Positions 9,550 to 19,613 of a stretch of DNA of 32,000 bases are shown piece by piece. Numbering within the stretch: the stretch's first letter is position 1; each line of letters opens with the position of its first letter. The position numbers were made by a program, and so were the translations under genes. The DNA is from Okeania sp. GTDB lineage: Bacteria > Cyanobacteriota > Cyanobacteriia > Cyanobacteriales > Microcoleaceae. Under the pieces are notes generated by a model, which saw nothing but the letters and a program-made list of their open reading frames with translations, was not told the origin of the DNA and did not search any database. The stretch lies in contig NZ_JAYKGW010000235.1 of the NCBI RefSeq assembly GCF_035285525.1, positions 1 to 32,000 on the forward strand. Reading direction: 5' to 3'.

Positions 9550-10620
9550 TTATGTCAAAGCAGCAACAGAAACTCTAGCAGCAATTTTCTGAGCGATCGC
9601 CCGTAACTCTTGAGCAGAAACAGAACTAGGTTCACCTACTACAATAGGTATACCAGAATCTCCCCCATCTCTCACAGGCATTTCCAAAGGAACCCCACCC
9701 AGTAAAGGTACTCCTAAATCTTGAGCCGTTTTTTCACCACCACCAGAGCCAAAGATATCATACCTTTTCTCTGGCATATCTGGAGGTACAAAATAACTCA
9801 TATTTTCCACTATCCCCAACACAGAAACACCCAACTGCTGGAACATTTTCAAACCCCTACGGGAGTCAAGTAAAGCCACATTTTGAGGAGTCGTCACAAT
9901 TACAACTCCAGACATAGGCACAGCTTGAGCTAAAGTTAATTGAGCATCACCAGTACCAGGAGGCAAGTCCACTAATAAATAATCTAATTCGCCCCATTGC
10001 ACCTGGTACAAAAATTGACGGATAATGCCATTCAACATAGGGCCACGCCAAATCACAGGTTGGTCTTTGTCGATGAGGAAAGCCATAGATACCAACTTTA
10101 CCCCATGATTAAAAGCAGGTTCTAATACTTCCCCAGATTGTCCTTGTTGTACCATAACTTGAGCATCTGCTAGACCCAACATCGTCGGATCATTAGGGCC
10201 ATAAATATCAGCATCAATTAGACCCACCTTAGCACCCATTTGAGCCAAAGCGACGGCTACATTTACTGCTATTGTGCTTTTACCTACTCCACCTTTACCA
10301 CTGGAAATAGCGATAATATTTTTTACTCCATCAATACCTTGGCGATCTGGTACAGCTTTTTGTTGAGGAGTTTCTGCTGTAACGTCTACTATAACTTCTT
10401 TAACTCCAGGTAGTTGCTTTACGGCTTTTTGGCAGTCTTCTACAATAAATTCTCGTAGTGGACAAGCTGGAGTTGTTAGAACTAAAGTAAATTTGACTTG
10501 TCCATCTACAACGTTAATATTGCGAATCATGTTTAGTTCTACTAAACTTTTACGCAGTTCGGGGTCCTGTACTGGTCGTAATACATCTAAAATTGATTTA
10601 GTATCGGGTATATTAGACAT
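9550..10620 (-). CDS. apbC: Mrp/ApbC/NBP35-family Fe-S cluster carrier ATPase (N-terminal DUF59/SufT-like domain plus ParA-type P-loop)
   Basis: 356 aa. Contains LRPVQDPELRKSLVELNMI (DUF59-like) and the deviant Walker A SGKGGVGKST. Confidence 0.9.
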   Translation of the reverse strand: MSNIPDTKSILDVLRPVQDPELRKSLVELNMIRNINVVDGQVKFTLVLTTPACPLREFIVEDCQKAVKQLPGVKEVIVDVTAETPQQKAVPDRQGIDGVKNIIAISSGKGGVGKSTIAVNVAVALAQMGAKVGLIDADIYGPNDPTMLGLADAQVMVQQGQSGEVLEPAFNHGVKLVSMAFLIDKDQPVIWRGPMLNGIIRQFLYQVQWGELDYLLVDLPPGTGDAQLTLAQAVPMSGVVIVTTPQNVALLDSRRGLKMFQQLGVSVLGIVENMSYFVPPDMPEKRYDIFGSGGGEKTAQDLGVPLLGGVPLEMPVRDGGDSGIPIVVGEPSSVSAQELRAIAQKIAARVSVAALT

Positions 10621-10899
10621 TTGATTTGTTTGTAAAATTGCTCTTAGAAAAAATTACTGGTTTTGAGTAATTTTATCCATCTCGTTTGTGAATGGGTTGG
10701 ATATGATCTGGACTAACCATTTAAGCCACTTAAGTGCTTTGATTAGATTTGTGGTTACTCTAAGATTATATAGCTTTAAGTATTTAGTTATCAGTATCTA
10801 CAATTATTTATAATAAAATCAAGGTAAGGATAGCATTTTTCATTTCTATAACAATGTTTTTATGACTATAATCAAACAGCCATACCAATTCCTATATTT

Positions 10900-10947
10900 G
10901 TAAGCATTTCCTCCGGAATGCTGCACAAACAGACTTCAGCTATGAGC
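10900..10947. repeat. Dispersed hairpin repeat copy
   Basis: GTAAGCATTTCCTCCGGAATGCTGCACAAACAGACTTCAGCTATGAGC. Confidence 0.7.
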
Positions 10948-11188
10948 TTTAAGTTATTAACTAACTTATTATTATGCTAAAGAAGGAATTAGCCTCATAG
11001 GGAGAATTACAAGTTATATTTATGAAGCATTCCGCTGGAAATGAAATTGGTCATCAGCTAACTTTATAATTGCTTGATTCTTGACAAAAGCTAAGTGCTT
11101 ACCTAAATTTATTGTTTGTTTTTATTAAATTTAAGAATATGACTGGAGGAAGTTTTGTTATAGGCTTGATTTTCACCCTAGCTCAATG

Positions 11189-11240
11189 GTAAGCATTTGC
11201 TTCGGAATGCTGCGCCAACAGCTATTAGCTGTCAGCTAAC
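11189..11240. repeat. Dispersed hairpin repeat copy
   Basis: GTAAGCATTTGCTTCGGAATGCTGCGCCAACAGCTATTAGCTGTCAGCTAAC. Confidence 0.7.
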
Positions 11241-11373
11241 AGCAATAAGACGCTGTTTTTAAGGATAGGGTGTTATTTCAGTTATCAGTTATCAGTATAG
11301 AGGGAACCTCCTAGTTTAGTCAGAGGCTGAAAATGCTGAAGTTAAATATTTTTTTCATCCCCTTAAAAATCAA

Positions 11374-11430
11374 TAAGCATTCAGGTATTAGCTGTCAGCT
11401 ATTCCTACGGAATGCGCTCACATTCAGCAA
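11374..11430. repeat. Dispersed hairpin repeat copy (rearranged)
   Basis: TAAGCATTCAGGTATTAGCTGTCAGCTATTCCTACGGAATGCGCTCACATTCAGCAA. Confidence 0.65.
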
Positions 11431-12034
11431 TAATACCCTATGTTTAAAGATATATTTTAAGTGAATATAAACTTTAAAGCTGACTTTTACAGTAATTTTT
11501 TTATAGCTGAATTAATCAAGCTTTTAGTGAGTAATAAAAGGAATAGCTGATGACTGAATGCTTACGTTTTTACTAAATTTATTTTTACTGGTACTGAATC
11601 TAAGACCAAATAAATAATTGAATATGTGATTGCTAGTTTTTTAATTGTCTTCTTCTTGAGTGTAACTTTATCTAAAAATATCAGCAATAATCTTCTTAGT
11701 TAAAAACAAAATAATAAAATAATTGGTATACTAACTTAATCAATAATCTATCAAAAATTTATCTATTTCATAAAAAAAATCTGGAATTATTATCCCTATT
11801 ATTTGTTTCTAAAATTCCCAGTAGTAATTGTTCATTAACAAAAAACTGGAAAAATAACTATAAATAATGCAACCTGAAATTATAATTTTTATCCTCAGCT
11901 TTTTTTTGTTAAGTATTATGTACTCAAAACAATGCCTAAAAAATTATAAAATAGTAAATACATCATAAAGAGCATGGTAAGATTGCAGTCTTAGGAAAAA
12001 GTTAATTTTTAGGCAACTTTAAAATATCATAATT

Positions 12035-13069
12035 ATGGTAGTTTCAACTAAACCCCAAAAAACATCTTCATCTGAACCAGTGGTGAGTAACACAAGGAAA
12101 CAAGTCAGTGAATTTATGCAGACTATACAAGATGAAATTTGTCAAGGACTAGAAGAATTAGACGGAGTTAAAAAATTTCAAGAAGACAGTTGGCAACGTC
12201 CAGGTGGTGGCGGAGGTCGGTCTCGCGTAATTAGAGACGGTGGTGTTTTTGAACAAGGAGGAGTAAATTTTTCAGAAGTATGGGGAGAGCAACTACCTCC
12301 AAGTATACTTAAGCAAAGACCAGAAGCGGCAGGTCATGGTTTCTATGCCACAGGAACTTCTATGGTACTACACCCGAAAAATCCCTATGTTCCAACAGTC
12401 CATCTAAATTATCGCTATTTTGAAGCAGGCCCTGTATGGTGGTTTGGTGGTGGTATAGATTTAACACCATACTATCCTTATGCCGAAGACGCAAATCACT
12501 TTCACCAAACTATTAAAGAAGCCTGTGACAAAAGCCATAAAGAGTATTATCCTGTGTTTAAAAGATGGTGTGATGAATATTTTTACTTAAAGCATCGTCA
12601 AGAAATGCGAGGTGTAGGAGGTATATTCTTTGATTATCAAGATGGTCAAGGAGAATTATACAAAGGCCCAGATAGTAACGGGCCAGCAGCAACCTATAGC
12701 CAGCAGTTAGGAGTTCCCGAATCTCGTAATTGGGAATCTTTATTTACATTTGTACAAAATTGTGGTAAATCTTTTTTACCAGCTTATAAAACAATTGTAG
12801 AGCGACGGCAATCCATGGAATATGGAGATCGGGAACGCAACTTTCAGCTATACCGACGTGGCCGTTATGTTGAATTTAACCTAGTATATGACAGAGGTAC
12901 AATTTTTGGTTTGCAAACCAATGGTCGTACAGAATCAATTTTGATGTCTTTACCACCTTTAGTTCGTTGGGAATATGGCTACAAACCAGAGCCCAATACA
13001 CCAGAAGCAGAACTGTATGAGGTATTTTTAAAGCCTAATAATTGGGCTGAATGGAAACCAAATAATTAA
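12035..13069 (+). CDS. hemF: Oxygen-dependent coproporphyrinogen III oxidase
   Basis: 344 aa. Contains [62 protein letters not shown]. Confidence 0.93.
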   Translation: MVVSTKPQKTSSSEPVVSNTRKQVSEFMQTIQDEICQGLEELDGVKKFQEDSWQRPGGGGGRSRVIRDGGVFEQGGVNFSEVWGEQLPPSILKQRPEAAGHGFYATGTSMVLHPKNPYVPTVHLNYRYFEAGPVWWFGGGIDLTPYYPYAEDANHFHQTIKEACDKSHKEYYPVFKRWCDEYFYLKHRQEMRGVGGIFFDYQDGQGELYKGPDSNGPAATYSQQLGVPESRNWESLFTFVQNCGKSFLPAYKTIVERRQSMEYGDRERNFQLYRRGRYVEFNLVYDRGTIFGLQTNGRTESILMSLPPLVRWEYGYKPEPNTPEAELYEVFLKPNNWAEWKPNN

Positions 13070-13144
13070 ATTAATTACTCTCTGAGTTAAACTACAGTTA
13101 GATGGGCAACCACCGCAAGTAATATCATCCCGAGGGAAGGGTCA

Positions 13145-13519
13145 GTGATTCAGATTGAGCAAAAAACCCACACAACTCCGGACGGCACAACAGTAATCGT
13201 CCTAACACCAACTGGACGCTTGGATATCACCACAGCTTGGCAGTTTCGCCTGAAGTTGCAAGAGTGTATTTCCAAACTAAGTCGTCATGTAGTGGTAAAT
13301 TTAGGCCAGGTTAACTTTATTGATAGTTCTGGACTGACATCCCTGGTAGCAGGGATGCGAGATGCTGACAAAGTTAAAGGTAGCTTCCGTATTTGTAGCG
13401 TTCATCCAGAGGCCAAATTGGTGTTTGAGGTGACAATGATGGATTCTGTGTTTGAGATTTTTGAAACAGAAGAGGAAGCTCTTAATTATGATGATGTCCG
13501 CGAAGGAAATAGAGCTTAA
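13145..13519 (+). CDS. STAS-domain anti-sigma factor antagonist (SpoIIAA-like)
   Basis: 124 aa with a GTG start. The phosphorylatable-serine motif is FIDSSGLTSLV. Confidence 0.8.
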   Translation: MIQIEQKTHTTPDGTTVIVLTPTGRLDITTAWQFRLKLQECISKLSRHVVVNLGQVNFIDSSGLTSLVAGMRDADKVKGSFRICSVHPEAKLVFEVTMMDSVFEIFETEEEALNYDDVREGNRA

Positions 13520-13701
13520 AAGTTTCACAGCAGAACCTGTTAATTTGATGGTAGGAATAATATCTTGACAGTTAAAGTTATACTTTTAAAGGACTATTAT
13601 TTATACCTTCGGTTTCTCATGGTATATCTTGCCTTGGAAATCAATTCAACTTCAGTAGCATAAATTCTTAGTTGTAGTGAGATACTTATTTAGTTGGACT
13701 A

Positions 13702-13742
13702 AGCTATTCAAATCAAAATTTAAAATTTTGATTTGAATAGCT
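13702..13742. repeat. Perfect 41-bp palindrome (20-bp arms, 1-nt centre)
   Basis: AGCTATTCAAATCAAAATTT-A-AAATTTTGATTTGAATAGCT; the arms are exact reverse complements. Confidence 0.95.
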
Positions 13743-13928
13743 GCCAACTATAAGCTACTGATTACCAGCTTGTGGTAGGATAAACAAGATACCTATAAGT
13801 ACAGCGTTGGGGTAGGTACTTTAAATAGCAAAACCCACTCTGCTTTTCTTGTGACTTATATGCTGAAAAATGGTACAGTAGATAAGAAATCAAGCTTTAG
13901 AGATGGGATTATATAACTAGAACACCAG

Positions 13929-14648
13929 GTGAATAATATTCGTACTGTTTCAGATACTAAAAAAGCCTTTTATAATTTTCACACTCGTCCGATTAATTCA
14001 ATATATAATCGGGTCGTTGAAGAGTTGCTAGTGGAAATGCACCTGATTTCCGTTAATACTAATTATAACTATGATCCGTTTTATGCTTTGGGTGTAGTTA
14101 CAGCTTTTGACCGTTTTATGCAGGGGTACTCTCCAGAGGAAGACAAAATTTCGGTTTATAATGCTTTGATCGAAGCACAGGAAGAAGACCCCAACAAATA
14201 CCGTACTGATGCGAAAGGATTAGAGGATGCAGTTCGACAAATGTCAGCATCGGAACTCCTGTCATGGATTTGTTTGTCAACCAATATAGATGGTACTCAA
14301 AAATGGCAAGATTATTTAAGGGGTATTTCTGAGGAATCAAAATTTAAGTATAGTCGCTTGTTCGCTATAGGTTTATTTACTTTATTAGAAATAGTAGATA
14401 CAGAATTAATCAAGGAAAAAGAGAAACGCACGGAAACTCTCAAAAAAGTTTGTCAAGCTTTAAATTTGCCAGAAGAAAAGTTTATGAAAGATATAGATTT
14501 GTATCTTGGTAACTTGGAAAGAATGTCTCAAACTCTTAGCGCTATGGAAGATACTCTCAATGCAATGAAGAAAAAACGAGAACAACGTAGTTTAGAAAAA
14601 GAAAATAATTCTAATACTCTTAAGAATAGTTCAGAAGGTAGTAACTGA
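13929..14648 (+). CDS. thf1: Thylakoid formation protein Thf1 / Psb29
   Basis: 239 aa with a GTG start. The N-terminus [37 protein letters not shown] is characteristic of cyanobacterial Thf1. Only ordinary gene in the window ending in TGA. Confidence 0.88.
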   Translation: MNNIRTVSDTKKAFYNFHTRPINSIYNRVVEELLVEMHLISVNTNYNYDPFYALGVVTAFDRFMQGYSPEEDKISVYNALIEAQEEDPNKYRTDAKGLEDAVRQMSASELLSWICLSTNIDGTQKWQDYLRGISEESKFKYSRLFAIGLFTLLEIVDTELIKEKEKRTETLKKVCQALNLPEEKFMKDIDLYLGNLERMSQTLSAMEDTLNAMKKKREQRSLEKENNSNTLKNSSEGSN

Positions 14649-14852
14649 CAAATTCTTGACACTACTCTAATACAAGACAGTGTGGTATTTCTAATTCTCA
14701 CTAAGTGTCACGGTTGGGAATTCTATTTTATACTTATTGCTAATTAAATGCCAAAAAACTGACAAATAAAGATTTGAGCTTTTTTGGCTTGAAGTTAAGA
14801 TAAAATTAGGAATTTGGGTAGGGAAGTACAGAAAGAAATATCAAAGAATAAT

Positions 14853-15088
14853 TAGGGTCTGCTGATTAAATCTAATCTAAAATAACCTTTAGCTGTAAAT
14901 ATTTTAGGATTTTATTTACTTTGTAAAAAAAACTAAAGTAACATTTTTTAGGTTGCTCAGATTAAAAAAAAAAGTCATAATTTTCGGTTGACTATGGTAG
15001 AAAAATTGAGATTTAATTCTTTAAGCTACCTTGGCTCCGTTTTTTTTGTGACTCTACTCTGACCCATAAGATTTTTTTAGCAAACCCT
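14853..15088. mobile_element. Candidate MITE, family 2 (ends TA|GGGTCTGCTGA ... TTAGCAAACCC|T)
   Basis: Imperfect terminal inverted repeats are shared with 17367-17610. The interior is AT-rich with no ORF and differs from the other copy. Confidence 0.4.
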
Positions 15089-15380
15089 GCTTGACTTTAA
15101 CCCACCCATTCTCATTTTTGTGATGAAAAAAATTTGTATATCCTAACACAACAAAGTGATTTGATATCTGAACTTCCTCTCTCCGTAAAAATCTACCATA
15201 AAGCTTTCCATTCTGTCAGGGTGGCTATGTAAATTGTAATATTCATTAATATAAATAGTAATAGAAAAGATCTGCTAAAACTATAGCTATGTATGTTGAC
15301 TTATTGGATAATTTAATATGTACAGATTTTACCCAGCAAATCTAGGTGGACAATTTATAATAGATGAATAATCAAAAAAC

Positions 15381-15920
15381 CTAATCTAGATTCAAATCTT
15401 GAGCTTCAAACTGATCGGCATAAGATTTAAGTAAGTTACTTAATTGTAAACCAACGTTAGGAGAACTGCCAAAAACTGTAGAGTGAATTGGTTTTCGAGT
15501 AATATTTTGCTCGATCGCTTCACCTACCTGTTGAGAAATCAACTGTTGCAACTCATCCTTAGCTTTAGTTCTTTGAAACTGCGCACCCTCTTCAGTAGTA
15601 GCATACAAAGGAGGAAGTCTATTCAAAGCATAAGCGGCAATATCTCCTACATCAAGGCTTTTATCGCTGGTTGCCTCTATTTCCGCTACTTTGGCGATCG
15701 CCTCAGATAATACTAACTCCTCCATCACGTTAATAAATTGTTTCCGTGGTAAAACAACCACTTCTCCTGTTAATAAAGCCCCCATTAAACGATCTAAGGC
15801 CATATATTCTTCAATTGACAATTCAGAAGCTGTATTACAAATTTTTCCTACCTCTGCTTCCATCGAAGGTGTTAAATAACCATCTTGTAAAGCTTGTTCT
15901 ACAATTCTTTCTATAGTCAT
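15381..15920 (-). CDS. ComFB-domain protein (family of cyanobacterial cyclic-dinucleotide receptors)
   Basis: 179 aa. Contains NVMEELV....I and DIAAYALNRLPPLYATTEEG, typical of late-competence ComFB domains. Confidence 0.75.
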   Translation of the reverse strand: MTIERIVEQALQDGYLTPSMEAEVGKICNTASELSIEEYMALDRLMGALLTGEVVVLPRKQFINVMEELVLSEAIAKVAEIEATSDKSLDVGDIAAYALNRLPPLYATTEEGAQFQRTKAKDELQQLISQQVGEAIEQNITRKPIHSTVFGSSPNVGLQLSNLLKSYADQFEAQDLNLD

Positions 15921-16120
15921 AACTTTTATTTAAGCTTACTGATAAAAATTTTTCTATAAGATTTCTAACTTAATAATTTAGAATAAAGTGAGAAGTTTAT
16001 CAACGTTAACATAAACAACTCCATTGAATTATTCAAATAATTAATAAATTACAGATATTTTTATATGGAAAAAAGTCTTTAATACAGAAAGTTTTCCATA
16101 ATTAGACTGTAAAATAAAAT

Positions 16121-16999
16121 CTATTCCATACCATTGTACCGCCAAGGAACCGGGTCTACAGCTTGACCATTTACATATAATCCCCAGTGAAGATGAGGGC
16201 CTGTAGATGCACCTGTAGTTCCTACAGTACCAATTTCCTGGCCAGCTTTCACCATATCACCCTTCTTGACATTAATACTATTCAAATGCATAAAAATACT
16301 GGTTACTCCTTGACCGTGGTCAATACCTACAGTATTACCATGAATTTCATAACCTTGGGATTCTAATCCTACCAGGGCCACACGACCAGAGGCAGGAGCT
16401 ACTACAGGGGAGCCATTGTAATCTGCATAATCTACTCCACGATGATAATAGTCTTCAGCAAATTCTCCATTATAGTATCTTCTTACCCCGTATACGGTAC
16501 TAACCGGACCATTGTTGGGGCGAAGGAAAGGACCATTCCACAATTTTTCTGGTGTGACAAGTTGTTTAAATGCTCCTACTGTATCAAATTCTAAATCTGT
16601 TCCTTCGAGAGATTCTTTATCAGGGGACAACCAAATAGATTGAGTTGGAAAAGAACGATTTTGCAAGTTTATAGTGAGGTTTTGTGTACCTGTATTAGTT
16701 GTTACTTGCACTTGTCTGGAGCCAGATTTATCTAAGGGAGTTGTCGGTAAGAATGCTCGAAATTTATTTTGTCCAAGAGAAAAGGAGGGGTAAGTTTTTC
16801 CATCCATATTAACAGTAGGAGGGGGGAGGTTTCCATCTGGTTGCTGAATGAAAACAGATATAGTATCTCCTAGTTTTGGGTTAGTGGGAGTTATCTGTAC
16901 GGTTTGACTGAAACCAGGTAAAACTAAGACTAAAACTGCTGTCACAGTAGCTAATATTAAACTTTGAATAAACTGCTTCAATTTAGATGATAAAAACAT
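16121..16999 (-). CDS. Secreted M23-family metallopeptidase
   Basis: 292 aa. N-terminal hydrophobic signal/anchor, HRGVDY (HxxxD) and GPHLHWGLY (HxH) zinc motifs. Confidence 0.88.
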   Translation of the reverse strand: MFLSSKLKQFIQSLILATVTAVLVLVLPGFSQTVQITPTNPKLGDTISVFIQQPDGNLPPPTVNMDGKTYPSFSLGQNKFRAFLPTTPLDKSGSRQVQVTTNTGTQNLTINLQNRSFPTQSIWLSPDKESLEGTDLEFDTVGAFKQLVTPEKLWNGPFLRPNNGPVSTVYGVRRYYNGEFAEDYYHRGVDYADYNGSPVVAPASGRVALVGLESQGYEIHGNTVGIDHGQGVTSIFMHLNSINVKKGDMVKAGQEIGTVGTTGASTGPHLHWGLYVNGQAVDPVPWRYNGME

Positions 17000-17066
17000 T
17001 GATTATTTTTGTTGAATATTCTCTAGATTAATGAAATTAAAGTTGATTTTTTTTGACTCCTACATC

Positions 17067-17326
17067 TAGGGTGTGTCATCAATTAGATGTTAGAAGCTTT
17101 ATCAATAAAAGTAGTGGACTGACAAAGTCAAAACTGTTCATTACATCATTGGGGGCGGGTTTATCTAAGCTTGTGAAAATCGTTTTTAACTGAGAAACCC
17201 GCCCCTACCGACTGCACAATTTCAGGTATGTGCTCACTGTATCTGAACCTACTCAATCGCAATCACCATTTTTACATAACAGAGAATAGCCTTTTTGTCA
17301 ACTTATTTAATTAATGACACGCCCTA
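17067..17326 (+). mobile_element. MITE, family 1, copy 1 (about 260 bp, TA-flanked)
   Basis: TA|GGGTGTGTCATCAATTAGATG ... TTAATTAATGACACGCCC|TA, with terminal inverted repeats matching about 17 of 20. Internal 11-bp GC stem GGGGCGGGTTT/AAACCCGCCCC. No ORF. A highly similar copy (by eye) lies inverted at 30929-31194. Confidence 0.85.
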
Positions 17327-17366
17327 ATCTAAGTATTTTCAAAATTAATTGATCATCGGGTATAGT

Positions 17367-17610
17367 TAGGGCTGGCTGATTAAATATGGAAGCATTAACA
17401 AATAAAGGTTTCAGCAAGTTTAGGTCTGGAAGAAGTACCAGCTTTTAGGCCTGGAAAGCTAAAAAATCTAGTATTTTTGGCTAATTGTGACAGAAAATCC
17501 AGGGATAATTCTTCCTCCTACCTCTTTTGTAATTCCCCTGACTCCTGGATTGCAGGATGGCAGGATTCTGACTCCTCCCCCTACCACTCATACTTTTTCA
17601 GCAAACCCTA
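17367..17610. mobile_element. Candidate MITE, family 2 (TA|GGGCTGGCTGA ... TCAGCAAACCC|TA)
   Basis: 9/11 terminal inverted repeat, TA on both flanks, no ORF. Confidence 0.45.
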
Positions 17611-17795
17611 GTTAGTTAATGTCGGGCAAAACTGAGGTTACTTTAGTCATTATACTCTGTGTTTTGAAAATTACTTCAGAGCTATTAAATTGGGAATTTT
17701 GGATGGAATTGTGATTAGGCATCTCCAATAATAAGAAAATTAAATCAATTATGGCAGAGAAATTATCAATTATTTCTTCCTACTCCCTCTTTATA

Positions 17796-18008
17796 TTAGT
17801 TTTTTGGTTTAAGATAAACAATAGATTGTCGCCAGATGAGAATTGGTAAATCATACTGATCTAAAAGACAGATACAATCTGGGTCTTGCCAGAAAATTTT
17901 TCCTACATGGAGGTCGTTAGTAATTAGTTTTAGTTCTACTTCTTTTTTTTCTTTAATATAAGTTTGAATCTGGCGAACACTAGGTAAACTGGTATCAAAT
18001 TCAGACAT
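17796..18008 (-). CDS. hfq: Cyanobacterial Hfq-like (Sm-fold) protein
   Basis: 70 aa. FDTSLPSVRQIQ.YIK....VE.KL.T.D...G...WQDPDC, matching short cyanobacterial Hfq. Divergent from dapF, as is typical in cyanobacteria. Confidence 0.85.
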   Translation of the reverse strand: MSEFDTSLPSVRQIQTYIKEKKEVELKLITNDLHVGKIFWQDPDCICLLDQYDLPILIWRQSIVYLKPKN

Positions 18009-18051
18009 AATAATTATTTAATATTTTTTCTAAAAAATCTCAGATTATAAG

Positions 18052-18096
18052 GTAAGCATTTCCTGTGGAAGGCTGCGCAAACAGCCTTCAGGTAAC
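18052..18096. repeat. Dispersed hairpin repeat copy
   Basis: GTAAGCATTTCCTGTGGAAGGCTGCGCAAACAGCCTTCAGGTAAC. A partial inverted partner (GCTGACAGCTAATAGCTGAATGCTTAC) lies at 18211-18237. Confidence 0.7.
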
Positions 18097-18278
18097 AGAA
18101 GAGTGCTTTTAGTTTTAGATAAAAGCTTGACTAATTGAGTTAGAATTAAATCTTAACTATAAAAGCTCGCTTTCAAGTTATATTCTATTAAAAATCTCTC
18201 CTTTCTGAGAGCTGACAGCTAATAGCTGAATGCTTACAAGTAAAGTAAATTTTAACTTGATTATTTGGATAATTAATA

Positions 18279-19115
18279 ATGACAATATTATTTACAAAAT
18301 ATCATGGCCTGGGAAACGATTTTATCTTGATTGATAATCGTCATCAGACACAACCTATACTAACACCCGAACAGGCCATAAAATTATGCGAGCGCAATTT
18401 TGGCATTGGTGCAGATGGTGTAATTTTTGCCCTACCAGGAGCGGAGCAAGCAGATTATACCATGAGAATTTTCAATTCTGATGGTTCAGAGCCAGAAATG
18501 TGTGGAAATGGAATTAGATGTTTAGCTAAATTTATAGCAGAACTAGAAAATAATAACAAGAGTAAATATAATATTCATACTGGTGCTGGTCTAATTGTTC
18601 CAGAATTAAAAGGTGATGGTCAAGTAACAGTTGATATGGGACAACCAAGACTATTGGCATCGGAAATACCGACAACTTTAGCTACTGCTGATGAAAAAGT
18701 TGTGGCTCAACCTCTAGAGGTAGCTGGAAGGTCTTGGTCTGTTACTTGTGTTAGTATGGGAAATCCCCATTGCATAACTTTCGTAGAAGATGTTAGTATT
18801 ATAGACTTAGCCAAAATAGGTCCTGAGTTTGAACATCATTCAGTATTTCCAGAACGTACTAATACAGAATTTATTCAAGTAATTAACCCAAAATATGTGA
18901 AAATGAGAGTCTGGGAAAGAGGTGCTGGTGCAACATTAGCTTGTGGTACAGGTGCTTGTGCGTCAGTGGTAGCAGGAGTTTTAACTGGAAATAGCGATCG
19001 CTTAGTTACAGTGGAGCTACCGGGAGGTTGTTTGGAAATTGAATGGTCAACTACAGACCAAAAAATTTATATGACTGGAGCTGCGGAAAAAGTATTTACA
19101 GGGGTTATAGCATAA
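18279..19115 (+). CDS. dapF: Diaminopimelate epimerase
   Basis: 278 aa. Contains [29 protein letters not shown] (the two catalytic Cys). Confidence 0.95.
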   Translation: MTILFTKYHGLGNDFILIDNRHQTQPILTPEQAIKLCERNFGIGADGVIFALPGAEQADYTMRIFNSDGSEPEMCGNGIRCLAKFIAELENNNKSKYNIHTGAGLIVPELKGDGQVTVDMGQPRLLASEIPTTLATADEKVVAQPLEVAGRSWSVTCVSMGNPHCITFVEDVSIIDLAKIGPEFEHHSVFPERTNTEFIQVINPKYVKMRVWERGAGATLACGTGACASVVAGVLTGNSDRLVTVELPGGCLEIEWSTTDQKIYMTGAAEKVFTGVIA

Positions 19116-19187
19116 ATAAGTCAGGACTAATTGTTGACTTAGTTAATCTTTACTTTGACTGCTATATATAAAAAAATTGATAATAAA

Positions 19188-19459
19188 CAGGACTTACACT
19201 ACTGTACTAATGTTGGGTTGGGTTCCTCAACCAAACCTATGGCTACTGTACTAATGTTGGGTTGGGTTCCTCAACCAAACCTACGGCTACTTGAGCCAAC
19301 CTAAGACTATTGCAGGATTTTAGATGTGTCAAGCTTAAAGTGATCATATAGGTTTTTGACTAAAAATTTTGAAAAATTAGCATTCTACCATTTTCCTAAA
19401 GTCAAATTTGAAGCTTAATATGGCAGTAGTGTTTAAAACTGAAAAATGTGTAAGTCCCG
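19188..19459. mobile_element. MITE-like element with GGACTTACAC termini and an internal 44-bp tandem duplication
   Basis: Left end CAGGACTTACAC (19188-19199) and right end GTGTAAGTCCCG (19448-19459) share a 10-bp perfect terminal inverted repeat. The unit TACTGTACTAATGTTGGGTTGGGTTCCTCAACCAAACCTAYGGC occurs at 19200-19243 and 19244-19287. No ORF. Confidence 0.6.
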
Positions 19460-19613
19460 ATCAAATAAATCATTAATCAACGGTTAGTATTTCAAAGTGT
19501 ATAATAACTAACAGCTAAATACTATTTATTTAATTTTGTAGGAAAAGCTAACAGTTTGTCAAATTATAATTTGTAGTAATTTTAACTTTTAACTTAACAA
19601 TAGGGGTAAATTA

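Noticed and set aside
11867-11968. 33-aa hydrophobic small ORF (MQPEIIIFILSFFLLSIMYSK...) upstream of hemF, and a 17-aa ORF at 11138
   Set aside because: No Shine-Dalgarno, AT-rich context, and no recognisable small photosynthesis or membrane protein motif. Probably chance.
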